From an uncultured Pseudomonadota bacterium (GTDB lineage Bacteria; Oederibacteriota; Muellerivitia; Muellerivitales; Muellerivitaceae): a DNA stretch of 64,000 nt. Shown one piece after another: positions 37,656 through 47,689 of this stretch. The stretch is from assembly GCA_963836235.1 (NCBI GenBank), contig CAWIIP010000002.1:1600001-1664000 (forward strand). The letters are read 5' to 3'. The position numbers were made by a program, and so were the translations under genes. The notes under the pieces are model-generated. The model saw only the letters and a list, made by a program, of their open reading frames with translations, had not been told where the DNA came from and searched no databases. Positions within the stretch are counted from its first letter, which is position 1, and each line of letters opens with the position of its first letter.

Positions 37656-39518
37656 ATGACGGCCACCGCATCGGAAATACTGACCCTTCAGAAGTTCCTG
37701 GATAAATATCCCTGGCCCACCGAATGGCTGAAGAAGGGCAAGCCCATGCATTTCTTCTGGATGTTCGACCTGCCCGTCCCCGTGGAAAAGCTTTGGCCTT
37801 ATATCGCGGACCTTTCCTCCTTCAACAAAAGGGCGGAGATGGGGGAGATGAAGTTCACGGAAAAAAACGGGAGGCTGCAGGGTTCTTCCTCCGTCATGGG
37901 CATCCGCATGTCTTGGGAGGAAGTTCCCTGGCAATGGGAATACGGTAAAGAATTCCACCACGCCCGCGTTTACAGCCGGGGCCTGCCCCATTACATGATG
38001 GGCCGGTACCTTTTTGAGGAGCCCGAACCCGGTAAAACCCGCCTTTATACTTACATGGGGTTCATTCCCCGTGGGCCCAAGGCCTGGTTCATGATCAATA
38101 TGGGCCTGCATCAAATCAAGAAAGGGTACGGGAAGGCGCTCAAGGAAGTGACCGAAGCCATCCAGCGGGAGGAGGTCTTAAAGCCTCCGGCTTCGACCGT
38201 CAAATTGTCTCCGGGGGTTATTGAACAGCTAAAAAATATACGTCAAAAGCTGGTGGAAGGAGGGACGCTTTCTGAACTGGCGGACCGATTAGTCCGTTAT
38301 GTCGAAACCGAGCCGGACGAGACCCTTTACCGCATCCGCGTGAAAGCCCTGGCGAGGGAATGGGGTGTGAACGAGAAAGAACTACTCCTGGCTTTTCTCT
38401 GCGCCACCCGACTGGGACTTTTCAATTTGACCTGGGACGTGCTTTGCCCCCATTGCCGGGGAGTCCGCAACGAGACCAAAAACCTGGGAGACCTTCCCAA
38501 GCGGGGAAACTGCGAAGTTTGCAAAATCGATTTCGACGCGACTTCCTTTAACGTGCTGGAAGTGACCTTTCATGTCCATCCCTCCATCCGGGTTGTGGAA
38601 AAGAGGGTCTATTGCGCCGCCGAACCCGGTACCAAGCCCCATATCAAGATGCAAAAAACCATCCGGCCTAAGGACGAACTGGCTCTCAAGACGCTTCTGA
38701 GTTTGGGAAGGTATCGCCTAAGGGTGCAAGGCATGGAAATCTATAACCTGCTGGATATCAGCGAGGAATCCTCCGCGGACCAGGTTTTCTGGAAGGATTC
38801 GCTGGCCCAACAAAACTTTCAGAGCGCCCATTTCCCCACGGTGGTCCTCCAAAACACCTCGCCTGAGGCCAAGACTTTCATTTTGGAAGAAAACAAAACG
38901 GACCAAGATACCTTGAGGCCGGTGGACCTTTTTTCCTTCCAGGGTTTTCGCGACCTTTTCTCGCAAGAGGCCCTGGCCGCCGACATCAAGCTGGAAATCG
39001 GCGTCCAAACCATCCTTTTCACCGATTTGGTGGGGTCCACTAAGTTTTATGAACAGGAAGGGGATACGGTGGCTTTCGCCGAGGTGCGGCAGCATTTTCT
39101 CAAGACCTACGAGGTGGTCAAAAACCATAACGGCGCGGTGGTGAAAACCATCGGGGACGCGGTGATGGCGGCCTTCGTGCGGCCCCTGGACGCCCTATGG
39201 GCGGCGGTGGAACTTCAACGTTACTTCAATGGGGACAATCCGGGGTCTCGTTTACGCCTGCGGGTGACTTTGAACAGCGGGTCTTGCCTGGCGGTGAACC
39301 TGAACAGCAACATCGATTATTTCGGGAACACGGTGAATTTCGCGGCGAAGATCCAATCCATCGCCGACGCGGGACAGATTGGTTTTACCGAAAGCGTTCT
39401 CAACGATGGCGAAATCGTTCCTTTCCTCAAGGAACAGGGCTTGCCCTATGAAAAGCTTGGCTTTGAAACCAAATGGGCCAAACGGACGGTTCCGGTTTAC
39501 CGGGTGGAAGTGAAATAA
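37656..39518 (+). CDS. Class III adenylate cyclase with SRPBCC-like N-terminus and DUF5939-type Cys-rich domain
   Basis: WDVLCPHCRG..CEVC..EVTF..YC, ILFTDLVGST, VKTIGDAVMA and DYFGNTVNFAAK motifs. Confidence 0.88.
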   Translation: MTATASEILTLQKFLDKYPWPTEWLKKGKPMHFFWMFDLPVPVEKLWPYIADLSSFNKRAEMGEMKFTEKNGRLQGSSSVMGIRMSWEEVPWQWEYGKEFHHARVYSRGLPHYMMGRYLFEEPEPGKTRLYTYMGFIPRGPKAWFMINMGLHQIKKGYGKALKEVTEAIQREEVLKPPASTVKLSPGVIEQLKNIRQKLVEGGTLSELADRLVRYVETEPDETLYRIRVKALAREWGVNEKELLLAFLCATRLGLFNLTWDVLCPHCRGVRNETKNLGDLPKRGNCEVCKIDFDATSFNVLEVTFHVHPSIRVVEKRVYCAAEPGTKPHIKMQKTIRPKDELALKTLLSLGRYRLRVQGMEIYNLLDISEESSADQVFWKDSLAQQNFQSAHFPTVVLQNTSPEAKTFILEENKTDQDTLRPVDLFSFQGFRDLFSQEALAADIKLEIGVQTILFTDLVGSTKFYEQEGDTVAFAEVRQHFLKTYEVVKNHNGAVVKTIGDAVMAAFVRPLDALWAAVELQRYFNGDNPGSRLRLRVTLNSGSCLAVNLNSNIDYFGNTVNFAAKIQSIADAGQIGFTESVLNDGEIVPFLKEQGLPYEKLGFETKWAKRTVPVYRVEVK

Positions 39519-39519
39519 C

Positions 39520-40176
39520 TTATTTTTTACGGACGGATTTCTTGGCCTTGGGGCCGCCCATCAGGGCCTTTGCGATTTGAATGAAGGTGGGTATGAGGGA
39601 CACGAAGACGATCCCTAAGATCACCACCTCGAAATGTTGGTTTACCCAGGGCAGGTTTCCAAAAAAGTAGCCCGACCCGATGCAAAGAATGGTCCAGGAC
39701 AGCACCCCGACGAGGTTATAGCGGGCAAACTTGCCATAAGTCATGCGGCCCACCCCCGCCACAAAGGGGGCGAAGGTACGGAAAATCGGGGCGAACTGGA
39801 AGAGCACCAGGGTTTGCACCCCATGTTTCTCGTAGATCTCGTGGGTCTTGTCCAGGTACTTGCGGTTCATGAGCTTCCCAAAAATATTTTCCCCGAAGAC
39901 CCGGCCAATCCAATAGTTGCTGTGGTCCCCCATCAAGGCCGCCACGGTTAAGAGGCACCAGGAAAAGACCACATTCAATTGGGCGGTTGCGCACAAGGCG
40001 CCTACGGTGAAAAGCAGGGAATCACCCGGGAGGATGGGGGTCACCACCAGGCCCGTCTCGCAAAAGATCACGCCGAAAAGTACGGCGTAAATATAAGTCC
40101 CGTAAGCCTGGACCAACTCGGGCAGGTATTTATTCAGGTGAAGGATATGGTCGACAAAACCGTGCAGGGAATCCAT
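39520..40176 (-). CDS. dedA: DedA family membrane protein
   Basis: FCETGLVVTPILPGDSLLF and RTFAPFVAG motifs. Confidence 0.92.
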   Translation of the reverse strand: MDSLHGFVDHILHLNKYLPELVQAYGTYIYAVLFGVIFCETGLVVTPILPGDSLLFTVGALCATAQLNVVFSWCLLTVAALMGDHSNYWIGRVFGENIFGKLMNRKYLDKTHEIYEKHGVQTLVLFQFAPIFRTFAPFVAGVGRMTYGKFARYNLVGVLSWTILCIGSGYFFGNLPWVNQHFEVVILGIVFVSLIPTFIQIAKALMGGPKAKKSVRKK

Positions 40177-40253
40177 GGGTTTCCTTTTGCGGCAAGGGTG
40201 AAAGGCGCCGATAGTGTACCACAAAAAAATAGAGGTACCGGCGGAGCCTTCGG

Positions 40254-41744
40254 TCAGGCCTGGGGCGGTTCGTCCTTTTTAGCCGGTTCCCCGGCTTCGG
40301 CGACAACGGATGGAGTTTCCGTTTTTATGAGAGTTTCGGAGAGAGATTCACCGGATGGCGAAACGCCGGAATCCCCGTTTCCATCGGATTTGCCGTTGGT
40401 TTTCGCCTTGGGTTTGTACTGGCGCTTGCGGGGGTAGAAAATTTTCTGCGTGTCCTCGTCATAAGCGAAAAGGTTTCCAAACATGGACCAGAGGACAAAG
40501 GTATCAAAGGTCTTTTCGTAATTCTCCGTCGGCAGGTTGAAGATGATGATTTCCTGGACCAGATCAGCGTCCAGCCGGGCGCGGGGATGCTTGGTCAGCA
40601 TGTCATTGACCTGCTTGAACAACCTCAGCTTCAAAAGCTGTTCTTTCCAGATGTTCTGCCGCTCTTGGGAGGTGGCCTTCACGAACCTTTGGCCGTCGGA
40701 GGTCAGGACAACCATCCGCTTAGGGGTATCGACAAAATCCAAAAGCTCCAGAGCTTTCACGACCTTAATGACTTCGCCGAATTCCTTATCGGTTTCGGTA
40801 GCGATCCGGAAAACATCTTCTTTTCCACCGCGAGCGTCCAGGTATTCCAACAAGCCCACCATGACGCTGGGGAGGCTGTCGGGAAGGGGCTCGGCGGCGG
40901 GAAGTTCGTTGGGCGCCAGCACGGGCTCTGGAGCGTCGGGAATTTCATGGCCGGTGATGATTTCGTGCAGTTGGTCCACCATCTTCATGAAATCCTGGGA
41001 CCTGTAGTCGCGGGGGCGAGGCAGTTTGTTCTCGACTATTTTTAAAATTCGTCCCGGATGGGCCCCTAAAACCACGATACGGTCGGCCATGAAGGCCACC
41101 TCGGGGATGTCGTGGCTCACCAAAAGAATGGAAGAGGGGTTTTTATCGTGAGCGGCCCAGATATCGATGACTTCCGCCCGGAGGGATTCGGCGGTGAGGG
41201 CGTCCACATGGCTAAAGGGCTCGTCCATGAAGAGGATTTCCGGGTCCACCGACAGCGCCCGGGCCATGCCGACGCGCTGTTTCATGCCGCCGGAGAGTTC
41301 CCTGGGATAGGTTTCCTCGAAGCCCGCCAAACCCACCATTTGGATGGCTTTTTGCGCGCGCTCCTCGATCTCGTTTTCGGGGAATCCACGGGATTGGAGT
41401 GCGGTCTGGATGTTCTCGGCCACCGTCATCCAGGGAAAGAGGGCGAAACTTTGGAATACGATGGAAACTCCCGTGTTCAATTCATGAAGGGGTTGGTCGT
41501 GGTAAAAAACGTCGCCTTTGGTGGGGGTGATGAGCCCGGCGAGGATTCGAAGAATGGTGGACTTACCGCAACCGGAAGGCCCCAGCAAGGCTACGACTTC
41601 GCGTTTGTTAATACATAGGTTGATATTCTCCAGGACCTTTAAATCCTTGCCGTTGGGCATGTTGAATTCTTGGCTGACGTTTTTGACTTCGATAAGTTTT
41701 TGGTCCGTCGGGACCGCCGCTATTTCCTTCGCGTCCACCGCCAT
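40254..41744 (-). CDS. Nitrate/sulfonate/bicarbonate-type ABC ATPase with C-terminal AAA-associated domain
   Basis: [17 protein letters not shown] and MDEPFS motifs, plus a C-terminal extension GLLEYL..GGKED. Confidence 0.92.
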   Translation of the reverse strand: MAVDAKEIAAVPTDQKLIEVKNVSQEFNMPNGKDLKVLENINLCINKREVVALLGPSGCGKSTILRILAGLITPTKGDVFYHDQPLHELNTGVSIVFQSFALFPWMTVAENIQTALQSRGFPENEIEERAQKAIQMVGLAGFEETYPRELSGGMKQRVGMARALSVDPEILFMDEPFSHVDALTAESLRAEVIDIWAAHDKNPSSILLVSHDIPEVAFMADRIVVLGAHPGRILKIVENKLPRPRDYRSQDFMKMVDQLHEIITGHEIPDAPEPVLAPNELPAAEPLPDSLPSVMVGLLEYLDARGGKEDVFRIATETDKEFGEVIKVVKALELLDFVDTPKRMVVLTSDGQRFVKATSQERQNIWKEQLLKLRLFKQVNDMLTKHPRARLDADLVQEIIIFNLPTENYEKTFDTFVLWSMFGNLFAYDEDTQKIFYPRKRQYKPKAKTNGKSDGNGDSGVSPSGESLSETLIKTETPSVVAEAGEPAKKDEPPQA

Positions 41745-41756
41745 TGTGCCGCTCCT

Positions 41757-43541
41757 TTACTTGCTTAAAGAATACTTCTCCTCGGCCAAACGGTACAGCT
41801 TCTTCCAGACCAACCGGTTGAAAGTCACCACCATGAGGGACATCACCACCACGCTGGCCGCCAGCATGGGAAAATCCGCCTTAGCGGCGGAAACGCTGAT
41901 CTGGGAGCCGATCCCGAAGGCCGTCAAGGACTGGCCTTTGTCCGTCACGTATTCGGCCACGATGCTGGCGTTCCAGGTCCCCCCGGCGGAAGTGACCATA
42001 CCCGTCACCAGGTAGGGAAAAATACCCGGAAGCAATACTTTGGTGAATTTCTGCCAACCCGATATGCGGTACATCCGGGCGGCCTCCAGCAAGTCGGAAG
42101 GGATGTTCATGGCCCCCGCGATCACGTTGAACAAAATGTACCATTGAGCCCCCAGAAGCATCAAAGCCACGCTGCCCCAGTTGAGGGAAATGCCCATGAA
42201 CTTCATGACGATGATGACGTAGGAAAACAGCATGGGGGCGGGGAAGGAGGCGGCCACCTGTACAAAGGGCTGGCTGACGCGGGAAAGACGGGGAGAAAGG
42301 CCGATCCAAAGCCCAACAGGAATGGTCCAGAGCGAGGAGAGGACAACCGCCGCCACCACCCGTCCTAGAGTGGCTAGGGCTTCTTCTACGATCAAAAGCC
42401 ATTGCGCCAACTGGACTTTTGAAAAAAGCTCAATAATTTTCCAGGCTCCAAAAAACATTGAGCCCATGAGCAGTAAAAAAGCCAATAAGGAAACGATACG
42501 GCTGAGGGAAGTGGGGATGGAAATAGTGGGGATTTTCGTCTTGAGTGTTGCGGTGGGAACGGCCGAGTCCCCCAATTGTTCCTTTGGCTTACGCTTAAAG
42601 AGGTTTTCCAAAAAACGGAGGACTTGAGAGCGGTTAAGGAAATCCAGGAACCAGGAATGCATCGCCTCCTCGGCACCGCCCTCCTCCACACGGAATTTCT
42701 GACCCCAAACCACCAGGGGCCGCCAGAGAAACTGGTCCAAGGCCACGATCATCAGGATCATGGCGATCACGCCCCAGAATTTCGCCGTTTCGTCTCCCTT
42801 ATCGTTGGCGTAGCTCATGTAAGACCCCAGACCCGGCAGGCGGAAATCCTTGTCTCCCAACTGGAAAGTTTCCATGACCGTGATAAAAAACCAGCCACCC
42901 GCCATACTCATCATGCTGTTCCAAATGAGTCCCATTGCCGAAAAAGGGATTTCCAATTTAAGCGCCTTCTGAAGCCAATTAAACTGATAAACCGCCGCAG
43001 CTTCCTGGAGATAAAGGGGGACGGCCCGGAGGGATTGGTAAAAACTGAAGGTCATATTCCAAACCTGGCCGGTGAAAATCATGATGACAGCCGCCAATTC
43101 CAATCCCACATTACTATTAGGAAAAAGTGCGACCAGGGCCAGAACCAGTCCCGGCATAAAGCCCAGAACCGGAATGCTCTGGAGGATGTCCAAGAGGGGA
43201 ATGAGCACTTTTTCGGCCATGTGGTCCTTTGCGGCCCAATAACCGTAGGCCAGCGTGAAAAAAAAGGAAAGAACATAAGCCATTAAGCCACGGCAAAGGG
43301 TGAAGAGGGTATATTTGGGCAGTGCCCAGGGTGAAAGATCGATCTCAACCGTGGAACGGTGCTGGCCCGTCCATTCTCCGGCGACGTTCATGATCCCGAA
43401 AATCAAACCGATGAGGCCCAAAAGAAGGCCCAAATCCACCCACCAGATTTTCTGGTAGAAAGAAAGAAACGAAGTGGCTTCACCCCAGATCTTTCGGATT
43501 TGTTTAGGTGCGTTCCCGCCCCAAATGTTTTTGATTTCCAT
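41757..43541 (-). CDS. ABC transporter permease (duplicated TMD), partner of the downstream ATPase
   Basis: LDILQSIPVLGF, WNSMMSMAGGW, QWYILFNVIAGA and WNASIVAE motifs. Confidence 0.92.
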   Translation of the reverse strand: MEIKNIWGGNAPKQIRKIWGEATSFLSFYQKIWWVDLGLLLGLIGLIFGIMNVAGEWTGQHRSTVEIDLSPWALPKYTLFTLCRGLMAYVLSFFFTLAYGYWAAKDHMAEKVLIPLLDILQSIPVLGFMPGLVLALVALFPNSNVGLELAAVIMIFTGQVWNMTFSFYQSLRAVPLYLQEAAAVYQFNWLQKALKLEIPFSAMGLIWNSMMSMAGGWFFITVMETFQLGDKDFRLPGLGSYMSYANDKGDETAKFWGVIAMILMIVALDQFLWRPLVVWGQKFRVEEGGAEEAMHSWFLDFLNRSQVLRFLENLFKRKPKEQLGDSAVPTATLKTKIPTISIPTSLSRIVSLLAFLLLMGSMFFGAWKIIELFSKVQLAQWLLIVEEALATLGRVVAAVVLSSLWTIPVGLWIGLSPRLSRVSQPFVQVAASFPAPMLFSYVIIVMKFMGISLNWGSVALMLLGAQWYILFNVIAGAMNIPSDLLEAARMYRISGWQKFTKVLLPGIFPYLVTGMVTSAGGTWNASIVAEYVTDKGQSLTAFGIGSQISVSAAKADFPMLAASVVVMSLMVVTFNRLVWKKLYRLAEEKYSLSK

Positions 43542-43752
43542 GGCAGGACATCTTTCGTAAGGGACTTGGAAAAGAATGATCCGAACGTCGGATGGTTTCC
43601 TTTTCCGATGGGTCCTGGTGAACCGCCTGGAAATCATAAGCCCGGAGCGTGGACGAACAAAGTAAAAACTTTTTAAAATGGCCGGAAAGACTTGATGTTA
43701 AACTGGGCTCAACCATGGAAACAAAACTGAAGGCCCCGGAGATTTTACAAAG

Positions 43753-44688
43753 GTGAAACGCATGAACCGGTTGGTTCCTTCCACTCTTCTTTTAGGTTTT
43801 TTATGTTTGGGTCTGCCGTCCCTGATGAGGGGCCAGACGGGCCCTATGGAATGGAAGTCGGCGGAGGATATCCTTGGAAGAAGCGGAGCCAAACAAAGTG
43901 GATCCCTTCAAGCCCTCTTTCCCCGAACCGATTTGAATGTCGTGGTCAATGGCATGCCATTGGAGCCGGAAGGTTTGACCAGTTGGTTTATTTTTAGGCC
44001 AGAAGGCAAAAAGACCCGCCTAGTGGGTGACGTCGTTTTGCTGGACAGGGAAGTGCCGAGAACAATGGCCCAAGCGCTGCGGAACGGATTAGAAATAACG
44101 GCTCTTTATAATCCTTTTTTAAATGAATCCCCGGGCATTAAGCGCCTGCGGGTTCGGGGAAAAGGCGCTCAATCCAGCCTGGCTTGGGCGGTTAAGCTGA
44201 TCCTTTCTTCCACCGGTACTCCCATGGGCCCGTCAGTTTTACCCCTTTCAGGGGAGGGGATTGCGATTGAAACCCCTTATAAAGGACCCCAAACTGCCTT
44301 GGATTGGTCCAAAACCGTGGCCATCCTGGGTCTAGGAAAGATCGAGGGACGAACAATCCAATTTACATTTCCGTCGGAGGAAGCTACCCCGGGACCAGGA
44401 GTTGAAATTCAAGGAGATGGGGATCCGACCGCCACCCTTTTTCTGCAAAAGACGCAAGAGGGTTCCTTCGCAGCGATGGGCACATTTGTTTTAGCTGATG
44501 AGAAAGCGAAGATTGTCATGGAAAACCTCATCCGACACCATATCACTGTCACTTCGTTTCGAAACCAAGGCTCGAAAGAAGAGCCGCGGTTTTTCTTTTT
44601 GAACTTTTGGATCATGGGTGAGGAAACGGAAGTGGTGGAAAGTTTGAAAGAGGCATTGGATCAAGCCAATTTGTCTCCAGATCCCTAG
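43753..44688 (+). CDS. DUF1259 (LppY/LpqO-like) exported protein, degenerate
   Basis: Signal peptide. FPRTDL.V, GDVVLLDREV and GTFVLA..I.VT..EEPRFFFLNFW repeats. Confidence 0.7.
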   Translation: MKRMNRLVPSTLLLGFLCLGLPSLMRGQTGPMEWKSAEDILGRSGAKQSGSLQALFPRTDLNVVVNGMPLEPEGLTSWFIFRPEGKKTRLVGDVVLLDREVPRTMAQALRNGLEITALYNPFLNESPGIKRLRVRGKGAQSSLAWAVKLILSSTGTPMGPSVLPLSGEGIAIETPYKGPQTALDWSKTVAILGLGKIEGRTIQFTFPSEEATPGPGVEIQGDGDPTATLFLQKTQEGSFAAMGTFVLADEKAKIVMENLIRHHITVTSFRNQGSKEEPRFFFLNFWIMGEETEVVESLKEALDQANLSPDP

Positions 44689-44882
44689 TGGTAAAAGACT
44701 TTTGCGGAAGACCTAAAAGTGGACTTAATGGTTAAGATAAGCGTCAAGAAAGTTTATAAAGATAGCTTTGTCGCTATTGATATCGGCTTGGTTAATTAGA
44801 GGGGGTGGCCTTTTTTCGGCGGAGGTTCATGTTAAAATGCGCCCTCATTTAAAAGGGCAAACTTCAAAAGGGGAGGCGGACT

Positions 44883-46316
44883 ATGGCGGAGCAATTGAAA
44901 CAGGCGGACTTCGGGGTTTTGGGAATCGCGGTCATGGGCGAGAACTTGGCCATGAACATCGAGGACCATGGGTTTTCAGTGGCGGTTTGCAATCTCCGTA
45001 GCGACCGAGTGACCCCCTTTATGAAGCGCAACGAGGGTAAAAAATTCATCGGAGCCCATTCCCTGGAAGACTTCGTGAAGGCCCTGAAGTCCCCTCGTCG
45101 AGTGATGCTCATGGTTAAGGCGGGCGACCCTGTTGACGACGCCATCAAACTTTTGAAGCCCCTCTTGTCCAAGGGCGACATTATCATTGACGGAGGGAAC
45201 TCCTGGTTCAAGGATACCCAGCGCCGGGAAGCGGAACTCACTAAGGAAGGTTTTTACTTTTTCGGCGCCGGCGTTTCCGGCGGTGAAGAGGGAGCCCGGT
45301 TCGGCCCCTCCATCATGCCGGGCGGAAGCCCTCAAGCTTACGAGTTCGTGAAGCCCATTTTTGAGGCCATCTCAGCCAAGACCAACTCGGGCCCCTGTGT
45401 GACCCATTGCGGTCCCGATGGAGCGGGACATTTCGTGAAAATGGTCCATAACGGTATCGAGTATGGTGACATGCAGTTGATCGCTGAGTCCTACGATATT
45501 TTGCGAAAAGTATTAGGGTTGAAGGCTGCCGAACTGGCGGAGATTTTCACCGAGTGGAATAAGGGAATCCTGGATTCTTTCCTGATCGAGCTGACCGCCA
45601 AGGTCTTCACCGTGAAGGACGATGAGACGGGGAATCCCCTGGTAGACATGATCCTGGACAAGGCGGGACAGAAGGGCACGGGCAAGTGGACGGCCCAAAT
45701 CGCGTTGGACATGGGAATCCAAATACCCACGATTGCCGCGGCCATCGACGGCCGGGGGCTTTCCAGCATCAAAGAAGAACGTGTGGCGGCCTCCAAGCAA
45801 ATCAAGGGTCCGGCATCCGTGACGAAAGAGGATAAGAAACAACTGATCGACGCGGTACGGGATGCTCTTTATGACTCCAAGGTTTGTTCCTATACACAGG
45901 GCATGAGGCTGATCAAAGCCGCTTCGGATGAGTACAAGTGGAGTGTCAACCTGAAGGAAATGGCCCGCATTTGGAAGGGTGGGTGTATCATCCGAGCCAA
46001 ATTGCTGGATGAGATCATGAAGGCTTATGACCGCAATCCAAATTTACAATCCCTATTGCTGGATGAATCTTTCAAGAAGCAAGTGGAATCCACCCAGGCC
46101 AACTGGCGCAAGGTGGTTTCGGTGGCGGTGACCAATGGTATTCCGGTGCCAGCCATGAGCGGAAGCTTGGCTTATTTCGACAGCTACCGCACGGCGGACC
46201 TGCCCCAAAACCTGACCCAGGCGCAAAGGGACTTCTTCGGGGCCCATACCTACGAACGGACGGACCACCCGGAGAGAGGATTTATCCATACTGATTGGCT
46301 ATCAAAAACAAAATAG
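44883..46316 (+). CDS. gnd: 6-phosphogluconate dehydrogenase (decarboxylating)
   Basis: GIAVMG, VSGGEEGA, VKMVHNGIEYGDMQ, QKGTGKW and QAQRDFFGAHTY motifs. Confidence 0.97.
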   Translation: MAEQLKQADFGVLGIAVMGENLAMNIEDHGFSVAVCNLRSDRVTPFMKRNEGKKFIGAHSLEDFVKALKSPRRVMLMVKAGDPVDDAIKLLKPLLSKGDIIIDGGNSWFKDTQRREAELTKEGFYFFGAGVSGGEEGARFGPSIMPGGSPQAYEFVKPIFEAISAKTNSGPCVTHCGPDGAGHFVKMVHNGIEYGDMQLIAESYDILRKVLGLKAAELAEIFTEWNKGILDSFLIELTAKVFTVKDDETGNPLVDMILDKAGQKGTGKWTAQIALDMGIQIPTIAAAIDGRGLSSIKEERVAASKQIKGPASVTKEDKKQLIDAVRDALYDSKVCSYTQGMRLIKAASDEYKWSVNLKEMARIWKGGCIIRAKLLDEIMKAYDRNPNLQSLLLDESFKKQVESTQANWRKVVSVAVTNGIPVPAMSGSLAYFDSYRTADLPQNLTQAQRDFFGAHTYERTDHPERGFIHTDWLSKTK

Positions 46317-46428
46317 AAGGGTTAGCTGTTTACCCTTAGCTGTCAGCAATATAGAAAGGCGAAACCGGGAAGCCAATCAGGACGTCTAAAGAAAGCGGGA
46401 TAAAGACCGCCATTTAAGGAGGAGAAGG

Positions 46429-46998
46429 ATGCAAACAAAAATTTTTGCCATAGTTTTCATTTTAATGGGTTTGACAGTGATTCAGGCTTCGGCTCAGAAC
46501 TTTAATTTGGGAGTGGAAGCGGGCGCCAACTTCTCGAACTTTATCGGGAGTGGTGTAAGCCAAATCGGAGCCGTGAATGATTCTAAGCTTGGGTTTGTCG
46601 GAGGGGGATTTTTGTGCCTCAATTTTGGAAATTCTTTCGCTATTCGGCCTGAAGTGCTTTACGAACAAAAGGGCAACGCCATTTCGGGGACCAGCACCAC
46701 GACCGAACTGGATTACATTGAGGTTCCGGTGCTCTTAAAGGTGGGTTTGGGGTCGCCGGTGTTCAATCCCTCTATTCTTTTGGGACCTTCCTTTAGTTGG
46801 AACCTGTTAGCCCAATCGAGTGGAACTAATTTGAGCGGGATCAATAGCTCGGATGTTGGTTTAGTCGGCGGAGTAGAAATCGATATCGACAAGTTCCTGG
46901 TTTCGGGCCGGTATGAATTGGGGCTGGATAACGTGAAGAGCAATACGAACGTCCAAAACGGCACCCTTACCTTCCTGGTCGGCTATTCTTTTATATAA
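46429..46998 (+). CDS. Outer-membrane beta-barrel (porin family, OMP_b-brl_2/PorT-like)
   Basis: Signal peptide. GVEAGANFS, PEVLYEQKG, LDYIEVPVLLK and C-terminal VGYSFI. Confidence 0.82.
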   Translation: MQTKIFAIVFILMGLTVIQASAQNFNLGVEAGANFSNFIGSGVSQIGAVNDSKLGFVGGGFLCLNFGNSFAIRPEVLYEQKGNAISGTSTTTELDYIEVPVLLKVGLGSPVFNPSILLGPSFSWNLLAQSSGTNLSGINSSDVGLVGGVEIDIDKFLVSGRYELGLDNVKSNTNVQNGTLTFLVGYSFI

Positions 46999-47026
46999 AA
47001 AGTCGTTGAAAAGGTTGAAAAGACTG

Positions 47027-47054
47027 AAGGCCCGGGAAATCCCGGGCCTTTTTT
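47027..47054 (+). terminator. Rho-independent terminator
   Basis: AAGGCCCGGG-AAAT-CCCGGGCCTT followed by a T run. Confidence 0.88.
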
Positions 47055-47099
47055 ATTTCTACCTATGGATAGTAGGGATGAAGATGGGCGTTCTAGGGC

Positions 47100-47117
47100 T
47101 TGTGAAATCTTTCACAT
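47100..47117. promoter_or_regulatory. Rex-like operator 1
   Basis: TTGTGAA-ATCT-TTCACAT versus the Rex consensus TTGTGAA-N4-TTCACAA. Confidence 0.72.
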
Positions 47118-47182
47118 TAAAATTTGTCGAAAGGGTCATTTCCGCCTCAAAAACCCCAATAGGCCGACTGAAATAGATTAGT

Positions 47183-47229
47183 TTGTGAAATATTTCACAT
47201 TGAAATTTCGGCCTTTAGGCCCCTATAAT
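47183..47229 (+). promoter_or_regulatory. Rex-like operator 2 abutting the nuo promoter
   Basis: TTGTGAA-ATAT-TTCACAT (47183-47200), then TTGAAA-N18-TATAAT (47200-47229). Confidence 0.75.
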
Positions 47230-47311
47230 CCCTCAAATTTCGCCCTTCAGTTTCCCCAAAGCCTGTCAAACTCCATCAGGGGCGAAGTAACTTACAGAGG
47301 GGGTTCCGGGC

Positions 47312-47689
47312 ATGAATTTCGACACACTCGAAAATCTACTTCCCATAGTCCTCGCTTTCGTTTTGGCCATGGCAGTCCCCGCAGCCATGTTGCTTTTGTC
47401 CGCTTTACTCGGCCCTCGGCGGGACAACGAAACCAAACTTTCCTCTTATGAATGCGGCATCCAGTCCCCGGCGGTATCGGGCGACGCCCGACACCACTTC
47501 AACGTAAAGTTTTACCTGACCGCCATGTGTTTCTTGGTGTTCGACGTGGAGGTTGTTTTCCTTTTTCCCTGGGCGGTTCTATTCCAGAAGATGGCCTGGG
47601 GAGGGTTCTTTTCCATGCTGGGTTTCCTTGGGGTTCTCGCCTTCGGCTGGTTCTACCTGTTGAAAAGGGGGGCCTTGGAATGGGAGTAG
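47312..47689 (+). CDS. nuoA: NADH-quinone oxidoreductase subunit A
   Basis: YECG and [15 protein letters not shown] motifs. Confidence 0.95.
   Translation: MNFDTLENLLPIVLAFVLAMAVPAAMLLLSALLGPRRDNETKLSSYECGIQSPAVSGDARHHFNVKFYLTAMCFLVFDVEVVFLFPWAVLFQKMAWGGFFSMLGFLGVLAFGWFYLLKRGALEWE

Noticed and set aside
37656-39518. Cyclase as Pycsar-type defence system
   Set aside because: It has adenine-specifying residues and DUF5939-type architecture, and no adjacent cNMP-binding effector.
43542-43750. Riboswitch or leader peptide upstream of the ABC permease
   Set aside because: No known aptamer consensus or convincing terminator recognised by eye; needs an Infernal/Rfam search.
46429-46998. PorT-like barrel as proof of a canonical T9SS
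   Set aside because: This small OMP family is widespread, and the gene is unlinked to the CTD/PorV pair.
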